Part shown: positions 8,350-18,300 of the stretch, in pieces | Layout: each line of letters begins with the position of its first letter | Position numbering within the stretch: position 1 is the first letter of the stretch | Assembly: GCA_964589775.1 (NCBI GenBank) | Contig: CAZPUN010000004.1 | Span: 9,737 to 41,736, forward strand | DNA: 32,000 nt | From: an uncultured archaeon | GTDB lineage: Archaea > Asgardarchaeota > Thorarchaeia > Thorarchaeales > CAZPUN01 | Direction of reading: 5' to 3' | The notes under the pieces: model-generated | What the model saw: the letters and a program-made list of their open reading frames with translations, nothing else | Told to the model about the DNA's origin: nothing | Database searches by the model: none | Program-made: the position numbers and the translations under genes

Positions 8350-9237
8350 TTATTTTATTTTATTCTCAAATTCTTCCTTGATTTTTCGGCCCGTATCGCC
8401 ACCTCCCAAATCCTCCGGATGAATTTGGAAAGAATCTTTTTCCAGCATTATCGAGAATGAGAATAATTCCGGACAATCAACTTTTATGATCCTGTTATCC
8501 CTATCAACTTGCTGATATTCTAAATATGCTAATCCTGCAGAGCTTAATACAGTATCAATTAGTGCTCCCAATTTTTCATAGATGCTTTTTGTCGTTGGTG
8601 CTTGTGGTTCTATCGGTTTAGAGACCGGTTTTACTTCCTCAACTGTTTCAATTGCTTCTTGTTCTCGTTTTACTACTTCACTTGGTTTCACCATTTCTTC
8701 ATAAGGTTCAGGTTCTTTGGGTTTCTCTTCTTCTTTTTGTTCTTTTACTATAGAACTTGGTTTGACAATTCTTTCATAATCTTCAACTTGGACTTGGGCT
8801 GATTGATCAAACTCGATCGCAGATCTTTTACCTTTGGCACCTTCTGTGTCTTCATCTATTACAGCTATTAGGTCATCTTTTAGTTTATATTTTTGCTGGA
8901 GTGCATTGTTAAACGCTTCCATGTTTGCATGTGTTTCCTCGTCATCCATTCGCTCGTCTATTTCAACTAATCGTTTTAATCCAACGCATACATTTCCTCC
9001 CTTCATCGGATATCCAAGTCTCTTTAATGAGCGTGCTAATCTTAGTGTTGTTCTTCGATTTACCATGCCTGCATCTTTACCAAGCCAGACCCAGCATGTA
9101 TCGTTTACCTCATCAAGTACTATTACACATCGGTCGCTAGTGATAAAATTAGGATCAAACTTTACAGGGTGTGTGCTTCCCGAATCCGAGTGAAGCATCA
9201 ACATATATAATGGAAAATGTCGTCGCATTTTTTTCAC
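8350..9237 (-). CDS. Gelsolin-homology-domain protein (single gelsolin-like domain, charged linker, C-terminal domain; Asgard 1DGelX-like)
   Basis: ITSDRCVIVLDEVNDTCWVWLGKDAGMVNRRTTLRLARSL matches the gelsolin pattern L-x-S-x-x-C-F-I-L-D...I-W-V-W-x-G-x-x-A-S-x-x-E-R-x-x-A. An E/K/P-rich linker spans about aa 125-215, followed by a globular C-terminal region of about 75 aa. Confidence 0.7.
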   Translation of the reverse strand: MKKMRRHFPLYMLMLHSDSGSTHPVKFDPNFITSDRCVIVLDEVNDTCWVWLGKDAGMVNRRTTLRLARSLKRLGYPMKGGNVCVGLKRLVEIDERMDDEETHANMEAFNNALQQKYKLKDDLIAVIDEDTEGAKGKRSAIEFDQSAQVQVEDYERIVKPSSIVKEQKEEEKPKEPEPYEEMVKPSEVVKREQEAIETVEEVKPVSKPIEPQAPTTKSIYEKLGALIDTVLSSAGLAYLEYQQVDRDNRIIKVDCPELFSFSIMLEKDSFQIHPEDLGGGDTGRKIKEEFENKIK

Positions 9238-9387
9238 CTTTTTAAATTTGTTATCCCAATATCTTTATTGGTTAAACATAGTAAAGAGTTTTTTCTATAA
9301 TCTCAATCTTTAAATTATAATAACGATAATGTTTAGTTACATAATAGGTTCCTTTTAAAATAATCTTTAATGGCTTGGTGAATTTGG

Positions 9388-12300
9388 TTGATTAGGCTTT
9401 ATAATAATACAAAAGAGGATGCTGAAAAATTAGCTGAATGTTTTAATAGTTTTGATGATTCTGATTCATGGCCTGGTTCTTTTACAAGTGGTATTAAGTT
9501 TACTGCAGAACGTGTAATGCAAAAACATAATGAACATAAATATTTGGCTGTATATGTTGCTGAGATGGATGATAAAATTGTGGGTTATTGTTCGGTAGAT
9601 TATTCACGTGGAGATCCTGAGGCATATTATGTTGCATTATTAGGTGTTTCTCCTGCTTATCAAGGACGTGGTCTTGGGAAAGCTCTTCTAAGAAAGGCTG
9701 TTGATAGTGCTATTGAAGCTGGAGCAAAAAGAATTGATTTACATACATGGGGCGGAAATATTAAAGCAATGCCTCTTTACAAGCGTGTAGGATACAATTG
9801 GGTTCCAAATACTGATGTTTTAATGGAAAATTACATTCCTGCAATTGTAAATAATCCGTTTCTTGCGAAGTTCTTTAAGAAGCATGATTGGTATGAATCC
9901 TTGAAGCGTGAAATCAAACAAGAAGAAGATATCTTCTTTGAAGATGGAATTATGGTCTTCAAGTACCATTTTGAAGGTGGCGATGATACTTTAGATGTCT
10001 TAATTGATCGCTATTCGAAATCAATTATTGCATTTGACATGTACCTTGATGGTAAGCATTTTACAGCGCGAATCAAAATGGAAAGGCAGAAAGCATATAT
10101 TGGTGCAGGATATGTTGAAGGCGTTGTTGAATTAAAGGGCTTCGAAAAGCCAGAACCATTTGTGAGTTTAAAACTTGGCAAGTTCGTTAAACTTGTCGCA
10201 CAAACTTTTGGTATTTATGAAAATAATGTTGCCATGTTAAAATTTGCTATTGCCATAAAATCTTCTGCTAGTGCTTTTGATACTGTACAAATTCCTGATG
10301 AAAAAGTGGAGTCAACAGTTAAAGCTGGAATCCTGTTTGGTGATATTAAATTTACATTAGAGTGTGGGATAATTCCGATTTATGTTTATTCTCTCAATAC
10401 TGTTGAAAATTTCAAAATAGTTCAAAATAAAACCTCTGAGGAAGTCTCTCTCTATATTACCAACAATACTGATTTTCCAATTGATGGAGTGTTATCTCTA
10501 AGAAGTTCTGATGCGCAAATCTCCCCCAATGAGATAAAAGTTAAATTAAATGCCGGAGAATCTTTGGAAATTCCTGTCGAGATAAATTGCAATAAACGGA
10601 ACTTAGCAATTGAAATTCTTAATGACTTCCATGGGGCAGTAGGCGATAAAATTCTCTCAGTCGTTGGGGACTCCGTGTTTATTCCAGTTATTGGTTCAGT
10701 TGGTGTTTATGGTTATCAAACCAAAGAAGCGTTTGTAATCGGTAATGAGTCTTTTAGAATCCAATTCTTAAATCGCATTCCCTATGATTTCATAAAAATG
10801 AGTTTGAGAAATGTTGTTGATTTCATATATTATGGACTCAATGATGATATTGGTCCGCCATTTGCTGGAGAGTCAAGTGAGTTTTCCCAAAAGGAATATA
10901 ATGTTAAAATTCTAGTTGATGGGCTTCGCGCAAAAATAATATTTTCCGCAAAATCTGATACTTACAATGTAACCCTCCATAGAATTGTTGAAGTTGAAGC
11001 TGGAGTTTCCGGTTTTAAACTATGGCATGAATTCGAAGGTGAAGTGGCAAAATTAGAAAACAAGGAAACTCTTACCGGTGCTTGGAATAGTAGTTTTAAT
11101 TTTACAAAACCTGTTTTTATTTCTAAAGATGGATTAGTGCATTTCGTAAACCTTGATGGTGGCGAAGATACATCTAGTAAGCCTGAAGATTATAAGGAAT
11201 CTTGGATCGCATGTGAGATACCTAAATATAATCTAGTAACAGGAATAATATGGATTCACAATAGTATTTCTACTATTAGATTAAATTATGATGGCATTTC
11301 GCGATTACGAAATAAAATCGAGATTGTTGATAGTTCTCATGCACGTACCAAACCATTTTGGTACATTCTAGACAAGTCTGATTGGAGCAGAATACATGAA
11401 CTTTATCATCAATTAGTATCAAATGAATGTTATTTGAGCAATTCAAAACAATTTATTAATTTATCAATAACTAACACATCTAAAATCTCAGATCTATTCG
11501 CTTTGCTAGACCCGGATTCAAAGACCCTAACAATGCACGCAGAATCTTTGCGTGTTAGAAAGCTTGATACTACCATTAAGGTGGACATTCCAAACATATC
11601 CTTGCGCGAAAATTCGCAAGTGCTTCATGATTTATCAATAGACAAAGCACAAGATGCAGTATTCAAAATTAAGGCAATTTCTCCTGGAATTCATTTTGGC
11701 TCTATTGGTGTATATTCCGATTCAATAAATACGATATTTCCTCTTTCAATTGCTGTGTATGGAAAATCTGAGATTACACAAGATGTTAGTGTTTCAAATG
11801 GTATGCAAGTATATCATTTAAACAACGGGAATCTTGATATTAGGTTATCTCCAGATTATGGTATGACGCTATTCTCCATGAAATTAGGAAATACTGAATA
11901 TTTGTTCAACAGATTCCCCGAGATAAAGCCATATTGTTATGATGCATTCTATTTTGGTGGTCTCCGACCATATGTACATCCTCCCGTATGGCATTGGAAA
12001 AAACTTTATCTTGAACATGCAACAGCATCATGGATCTCAGATGGCCCCTGGAAGGGCATTGAAATTTCTAGCACATTTGAAAAAATGCCTATGTTGTCTG
12101 GATTAAAAATGTCCATTCGATATTGGATTGTTCCTGAATTGCCTATTTTAAAAGTTGACATAGAATTTACAAATCCGCATGCTCGTCCATTGGCATTCTT
12201 AGGTGGTCTTAGAATGCATACTGCTGTCATGGGTGAGGTTCATAATGTATATCATGCGCGTTTATTCGGGCGACCAATCAATAGATTTTCAGCAATAGGT

Positions 12301-12570
12301 TCACTTTTTGAATCTACTGAAGAAGAGTGGATTGCAATATCTGGTAAGCAGCACAAACATTATATTGGTATGGTCAATTTATCTAATAATGCTCATTTGA
12401 GCATGATGGACATGGGTGATTTAGGACAAGAAACCATACTAACAAGTAACATCTACTTGAAGCCTAATGAAAGTTGTAAAATCTCGGCAATAACTGTAAT
12501 TGCAGATGGTGTTCAAATATTTAGAAATATTTGGCAATCATTAAAGAAAGTTTACATTGATAGTTTCTAA
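9388..12570 (+). CDS. Large GNAT-family N-acetyltransferase fusion protein
   Basis: N-terminal GNAT domain (YVALLGVSPAYQGRGLGKALL, IDLHTWGGNIKAMPLYKRVGY) followed by about 900 aa of beta-rich domains. TTG start after a GGTGA RBS. Confidence 0.8.
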   Translation: MIRLYNNTKEDAEKLAECFNSFDDSDSWPGSFTSGIKFTAERVMQKHNEHKYLAVYVAEMDDKIVGYCSVDYSRGDPEAYYVALLGVSPAYQGRGLGKALLRKAVDSAIEAGAKRIDLHTWGGNIKAMPLYKRVGYNWVPNTDVLMENYIPAIVNNPFLAKFFKKHDWYESLKREIKQEEDIFFEDGIMVFKYHFEGGDDTLDVLIDRYSKSIIAFDMYLDGKHFTARIKMERQKAYIGAGYVEGVVELKGFEKPEPFVSLKLGKFVKLVAQTFGIYENNVAMLKFAIAIKSSASAFDTVQIPDEKVESTVKAGILFGDIKFTLECGIIPIYVYSLNTVENFKIVQNKTSEEVSLYITNNTDFPIDGVLSLRSSDAQISPNEIKVKLNAGESLEIPVEINCNKRNLAIEILNDFHGAVGDKILSVVGDSVFIPVIGSVGVYGYQTKEAFVIGNESFRIQFLNRIPYDFIKMSLRNVVDFIYYGLNDDIGPPFAGESSEFSQKEYNVKILVDGLRAKIIFSAKSDTYNVTLHRIVEVEAGVSGFKLWHEFEGEVAKLENKETLTGAWNSSFNFTKPVFISKDGLVHFVNLDGGEDTSSKPEDYKESWIACEIPKYNLVTGIIWIHNSISTIRLNYDGISRLRNKIEIVDSSHARTKPFWYILDKSDWSRIHELYHQLVSNECYLSNSKQFINLSITNTSKISDLFALLDPDSKTLTMHAESLRVRKLDTTIKVDIPNISLRENSQVLHDLSIDKAQDAVFKIKAISPGIHFGSIGVYSDSINTIFPLSIAVYGKSEITQDVSVSNGMQVYHLNNGNLDIRLSPDYGMTLFSMKLGNTEYLFNRFPEIKPYCYDAFYFGGLRPYVHPPVWHWKKLYLEHATASWISDGPWKGIEISSTFEKMPMLSGLKMSIRYWIVPELPILKVDIEFTNPHARPLAFLGGLRMHTAVMGEVHNVYHARLFGRPINRFSAIGSLFESTEEEWIAISGKQHKHYIGMVNLSNNAHLSMMDMGDLGQETILTSNIYLKPNESCKISAITVIADGVQIFRNIWQSLKKVYIDSF

Positions 12571-12641
12571 AAAGTCCTAAATAAACAATTATAAAAATGA
12601 AAATTTACGTAATCAATATAGAATAAACAATTGATAATTGA

Positions 12642-13307
12642 GTGATTATTATGCCAATACAGATGGATGATGAAACCAAAGCACAAGTTAAAGCAATCTT
12701 TGATAAATTAGTAAATGATGTAAAATTAATTGTATTTGTAACTGAAGATCCTTCGTGCCAATTCTGTAATGAAACAGCTGAATTGATTGAGTTAGTCTCT
12801 AGTATGTCTGACAAGATTAGCTTTGAAAAGCATGTCTGTCAATCTGCAGATTGTGAAGAAGCTAAGAAATATAAGGTAGACAAATTCCCTGCAATTATTC
12901 TACATGGTGCAAAGCCATATAACATTAGATACTTTGGTATTCCTTCGGGTCATGAATTCGGAGCATTAATTGAAGATATCGTACATGCTTCGACTGGACA
13001 GCCAGATCTCTCACAAGAAGCAATCGATGAGATCAGTAAAATCGATAAGGAACTGCACTTACAAGTATTTATTACACCTACCTGTCCGTATTGTCCAATT
13101 TCGGTACATATGGCACACCAGGCAGCAATGGTTAATGACAAAATTACTGCAGATATGGTTGAAGCAATGGAGTTCCCAGACCTCGCAAGAAAATATAATG
13201 TATATGGAGTTCCTAAGACTGTTATCAACGACAAGGTCGAATTTGAAGGCGCTGTACCTGAACAATATTTCTTACAAATGCTACTCAAAGCAGCTAATGA
13301 ATCTTAA
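12642..13307 (+). CDS. Protein disulfide oxidoreductase (two thioredoxin folds, archaeal glutaredoxin-like PDO)
   Basis: CQFC and CPYC active sites, plus IRYFGIPSGHEF, EAMEFPDLA and VYGVPKTVIND. The start may be ATG 12651. Confidence 0.92.
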   Translation: MIIMPIQMDDETKAQVKAIFDKLVNDVKLIVFVTEDPSCQFCNETAELIELVSSMSDKISFEKHVCQSADCEEAKKYKVDKFPAIILHGAKPYNIRYFGIPSGHEFGALIEDIVHASTGQPDLSQEAIDEISKIDKELHLQVFITPTCPYCPISVHMAHQAAMVNDKITADMVEAMEFPDLARKYNVYGVPKTVINDKVEFEGAVPEQYFLQMLLKAANES

Positions 13308-13319
13308 AATAAAAATTGT

Positions 13320-13335
13320 GGGGGTCTTTTCCCCC
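13320..13335. terminator. GC hairpin between convergent genes
   Basis: GGGGG-TCTTTT-CCCCC lies between the PDO stop and the small GNAT stop. Confidence 0.35.
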
Positions 13336-13835
13336 TAATTTTCTATACCTCTGAAATAAACAATACTTAATTTTGCAAATCCTAATTTATTCAAGAATTC
13401 CTTGTATTCATCATGATCTGCTGGAGCTTCAATTTCTATTCTTGAAACATTGTTTTCTTTAAACCAGTCTGTACATTGAATGAATAATGAAAGTCCAACA
13501 TGTTGTCTTCTAAAGTCTTTATGAACAAAAATTTCTATAATTTCACCTATTTTTACACTTTCTCCAAAATGTGGGTCATTTCTGATGCATGCTCTTAGAT
13601 AGCCTACAATCTTTCCTTTGTGTTCAGGCGAAACTGCTACAAGATATAATTTATTATTATCTTCTGATTTTAATTCCTCTGTATGTAACTTTTTTATGCT
13701 TGATTTCTCATTTCGATTTAGCTTAATTCGTCCATGAATTGATAGCCAATCTTCTATGTTTTCCATGAATAGGTCTGTCAATTGCTTAATATCGTTTTGC
13801 GTTGCTGGTCTGACTTCAACAACCATTATATCCAC
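13335..13835 (-). CDS. GNAT-family N-acetyltransferase
   Basis: Motifs VRPATQND, KIVGYL, GEIIEIFVHKDFRRQHVGLSL and FLNKLGF. Confidence 0.85.
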   Translation of the reverse strand: MDIMVVEVRPATQNDIKQLTDLFMENIEDWLSIHGRIKLNRNEKSSIKKLHTEELKSEDNNKLYLVAVSPEHKGKIVGYLRACIRNDPHFGESVKIGEIIEIFVHKDFRRQHVGLSLFIQCTDWFKENNVSRIEIEAPADHDEYKEFLNKLGFAKLSIVYFRGIEN

Positions 13836-13871
13836 CAGTTATCTAATATTATTATATCTGAGATAAAACAT

Positions 13872-15161
13872 TTATCTTTTTGATAGTGCTTGAAATCGCT
13901 TTTTAGCTCGTTTCTCTCGAGTTTTACATTCTCTTTCTTTTACTATGTTGTCCTGTTGTGCAAAAATAATTGACGCAATATGCCATGTTCGAGCGGCTTC
14001 TTCCCATTTCTTTAATTTCTCACATGCGATAGCTCTGTTATAAATTGCTAAAGCTAAATTAGGATCATACTTAATCGCATTATCGAAACATTCTATTGCG
14101 CTTTCGTATTTTTGTAATTTCATATATATTAAGCCTTTATTGAACCAAATGTTTGCACTTTTTGGAGAGATTGCTAGTGCAGTATTTAATGATTCAAGTG
14201 CGCGTTCAAAATCACCTAACATTTGGAATGATTTACTGAGTTCTACCCAAAACTTTGTAACTTCCGGTCTTAATTTTGTACTCATTTCAAACGCACGTTT
14301 CGCCTCATCAAACTGTTTTAATTTAAAGTGACATACGCCTTTTTCATACCATGCATCAATATTATCAACTTGATTTGAAATTGCTTCAGCATAACATTTT
14401 ATTGCTTCTTCATATTCCTTTATGTCCATGAAAACTCTAGCTTTCTCTATCCATGCTTCAGCTGATTTCGGATTGTTTTTTAAAGCATCCTCAATACATT
14501 CTAAGGCAGCTTCAAACTTACCAATCTCGTGCAGTTGTCTGCATTTTTCAATTAAAGCTTGTAGGAATTGTGGATGCATTTTCCAAGCTTCTTCGAAGCA
14601 TTTCATCGCCATATCATAATATCCATTATCTCGTAAAACCTGACCTTTACCAATTAATGCAACAGGATCTGATGGATCTAATTTCAAAGCTTCTTCGAAT
14701 TCCTTTGTTGCCTCTGCCCTTTTTCCCATGCTTAATAATATATGTCCTTTTTCAGCATGAGCACATACTTGATTTGGGTTTAGTAATAATGCACTGTTAA
14801 ATGACTCCATAGCTTCATCTAGCATGTTTAACTTGGCATAACATCTTCCCATCTGTATCCATGCAGAAATAAAATCTGGTTTTATTCCTAGTGCAAGTTC
14901 ATAAACTTGAATAGCTTTTCCATAATTTCGGTCTCCATAATAAAAATTTCCTAATTTTAAAAATAGGTCTGCTGCATCTGGATTCTTCTTCAATTTTTCA
15001 TATGATATGATTAATTCTTCGGCTAGATCATTTATTTTTCTTAGATCGCTCTCAGGTATGTATGACAATTGAACTCCTTGATATGATGCCAATTTTGGAA
15101 TATGGTGTTTATCAAGTAATTCATCCAATTTATCCATTATTTCGTCTATATTCATCCCCAT
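13872..15161 (-). CDS. Tetratricopeptide-repeat protein (about 10 TPRs)
   Basis: Repeated 34-aa units such as AWIQMGRCYAKLNMLDEAMESFNSALLLNP and IWFNKGLIYMKLQKYESAIECFDNAIKYDP. Confidence 0.92.
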   Translation of the reverse strand: MGMNIDEIMDKLDELLDKHHIPKLASYQGVQLSYIPESDLRKINDLAEELIISYEKLKKNPDAADLFLKLGNFYYGDRNYGKAIQVYELALGIKPDFISAWIQMGRCYAKLNMLDEAMESFNSALLLNPNQVCAHAEKGHILLSMGKRAEATKEFEEALKLDPSDPVALIGKGQVLRDNGYYDMAMKCFEEAWKMHPQFLQALIEKCRQLHEIGKFEAALECIEDALKNNPKSAEAWIEKARVFMDIKEYEEAIKCYAEAISNQVDNIDAWYEKGVCHFKLKQFDEAKRAFEMSTKLRPEVTKFWVELSKSFQMLGDFERALESLNTALAISPKSANIWFNKGLIYMKLQKYESAIECFDNAIKYDPNLALAIYNRAIACEKLKKWEEAARTWHIASIIFAQQDNIVKERECKTREKRAKKRFQALSKR

Positions 15162-15300
15162 TCCTGCCAGTATTTCTTATCTATATTTTTAATTATTTTC
15201 ATACCTAAAAAATTATGCGATTTGATAGCATATAGCTACCAAATCTTAGCGTCTCTCTGTGATAAATTGCAGAGATTTCGTCGTATGGGGCATCATAAAA

Positions 15301-18300
15301 TTATAATAATATTTCTCTACTCTCGATTTTTACAGTATGTTTTGTTCCATCTTCTTCTGTAAACTCTACGAAGCCCATTAGTGTAGCTCTTTCTACTGGT
15401 GGTATTATCATCTCTAGTGTTGCTACAGCTGAATCCTTCGGATTGATATGTGAAATGTTATCACTGCGAATCTCTGTAGAGACGTCTGGTATTCCAACAA
15501 CAATTTTTACATCTTTTATCTTGTGTTCGCTTTTGTTACGTATTGCAACAGGAATTATCAAAGTACGGTCTCTTAATCGTGTTTCTATAGCTATCTCGAT
15601 CAATTCTGGTTTTGCAGCTTCTGTTGCTTTACTAATTAGTACTTTTCGCATATGTCTCTTATATTGAATGAATGCAATACCAACTATTATTGATATAATA
15701 ATTATTACTATTATTGTTGGAATTTGCCATGGAATATTTGGTTGCCAATCTTGTCCATCTAGAATACCATCGTTATCTGTGTCTGGGTTCTTTGGATCTG
15801 TGCCTGTATGTATCTCATCATAATCACTCAGGCCATCATTATCGGTATCCGGGCTCAATGGATTCGTATGGTATATGTTTACTTCTTGGAAATCAGTCAG
15901 GCCATCATTATCAGTATCCGGGCTCAATGGATTCGTATGGTATGTAAGTACTTCTTCTCCATCTAATAATCCATCATCGTCTGTGTCCGCTATCTTAGGG
16001 TCTGTATTGTATTGGAATATTTCCTGATAATCTGTGAGCTGGTCTGCATCAGTATCTTTAAAATTCGGGTTTGTCTGATATACTTTGATTTCATCGTAAT
16101 CGCTTAATCCATCTTTATCAGTATCATTTGATATTGGGCTCGTATAATATGTTTTTACTTCATCATAATCACTTAGTTTATCATTATCTGTATCATTGCT
16201 AATTGGACTTGAATGGTATGTAAGTACTTCTTCTCCATCTAACAATCCATCATTGTCCGTATCTGGAATCAACGGATCTGAATGATTTTGGATTTCTAAA
16301 CCGTCTAATAATCCATCGTTATCCGAGTCGTCATCAATTGGGTTTGTATGATATATTCTTAGTTCTTCACCGTTGCTTAATCCATCGTTATCCTTGTCAT
16401 AATCATAATCGCTGACATTGTTTCCCATTGTACTCCATTTTGTAGGATCTGTGAATGTTAATTTCACTTCTTCATAATCCGATAGACCATCTGAATCTGT
16501 ATCATTGTTTAGTGGTGATGTATTTATTGAAATCTCATATCCGTCTGTGAGATTATCATGATCTGAATCTGGATTCAATGGGTCTGTATTGTATGTCTTG
16601 ATTTCAGCATAATCTGATAAAGTATCGTTGTCTGAGTCTGCAAGCAATGGGTTTGTATGGTATATTTTTACTTCGTCTCCATTAGTCAGCCCATCATTAT
16701 CATTATCGTCACGATAATCATTTATTCCGTTTCCATCTGTATCCTTATTTCTTGGATTTGTTTTTGTAATGTATAACTCTTCATAATTTGTCAGCAAGTC
16801 ATGATCAAAATCTTCCATATCGTCGCGGATTCCATCTGAATCGGTATCATTGTTTCGTGGATTTGTCTGTGTATATCGAATCTCTTGAATATTTGTAAGG
16901 CGATCTCCATCTAAATCTGCATTTCCATCTGCGGTTCCTTGTATTGCGCTATCCCACACTGTTGGATTCGTTAAAGTTATTGTTATTTCTTCATAATCAC
17001 TTAATCCATCGTTATCTGTATCGTTTGATAATGGGTTTGTATGGTACTGTATAACTTCAGGGTAATCGTAAATCATATCGCCGTCTGTGTCTGGGTTCCA
17101 TGGATCTGTTCCATAAATGACAACTTCTTGCCCATCTGTAAGATTATCATTATCGCAATCTGGATTCAAAGGATCGGTATTGTATAATATAACTTCATCA
17201 TAGTCATATAATGCATCGCCATCAGTGTCATTTGAGGCAGGATTTGTTCCATATTTGTTTACTTCATCACCATCTGTAAGATCATCGTTATCTGTATCTA
17301 TATTGTGTGGATTTGTGTTGTAAATTCGAACTTCTTGAAAGTCATCTAAGCCATCATTATCAGTATCATTCTTTGTAGGATCTGTTCCAATTTGGATTTC
17401 CTCATAGTCTGAAAGATGGTCTCCGTCTGTATCCCAATTTGTACAATTTGTTTCATATAGGTGAATTTCATCAAAGTTTGTAATGTTATCAGCATCTTGG
17501 TCATCCAAATTATCTGGAATACCATCATCATCGGTATCATTGTTTAATGGATTTGTTTTAGTAAGCTTCACTTCCTCATAATCTGATAATTCATCGCCAT
17601 CGGTATCATATTTTAATGGGTCTGTTCCATATTTGTTGATTTCATCATAATCGTTTAGGCCATCAAAATCAGTATCTGGATTCTTGGGATCTGTCCCATG
17701 GCTAAGTTCATAACCATCGTTTAAGCCATCTCCGTCTGTGTCTGCATTGGTTGCATTTGTACCGTATGTGAAAATCTCATCGTAATCTGAAATTGTATCG
17801 TTATCCGTATCATTTGTTGTCGGGTCTGTCTTGTAAATTTTTATTTCTTCTTGATCGCTTATGTGGTCTGAATCTGTGTCTTGTTTTAATGGGTCCGTGT
17901 GATATTTTGATACTTCATTATAATCTGAGATTCCATCGCCATCGGTATCTTTGTTTAATGGATTTGTATTGTATTGAAATATTTCATCATAATCTGTAAG
18001 ATTATCATTATCTGAGTCTGCCAGCGTTGGATTTGTATGATATGTTTTGATTTCGGTACCATCTGCAATTCCATCATTGTCTGAATCAATATCCGTTGGA
18101 CTAGATCTATATATATAGACTTCATCATAGTCTGAGATTCCATCACCATCAGTATCGTTTGATAATGGATCTGTTCCAATGCTAATTTCATATCCATTAC
18201 TTAGCGAATCGTTATCCAAATCCTTATCATAATCATTGATTCCTGTATTTCCTGTATCTGGATTTGTTGCGTTTAATCCAAGATTTATTTCGACACCATC

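Noticed and set aside
7159-9237. Gelsolin-like gene as part of the sugar operon
   Set aside because: The gap is only 24 nt, but on the coding strand it holds T-tracts (TTTTTCTATATTTTTT) typical of archaeal terminators, so co-transcription is not supported.
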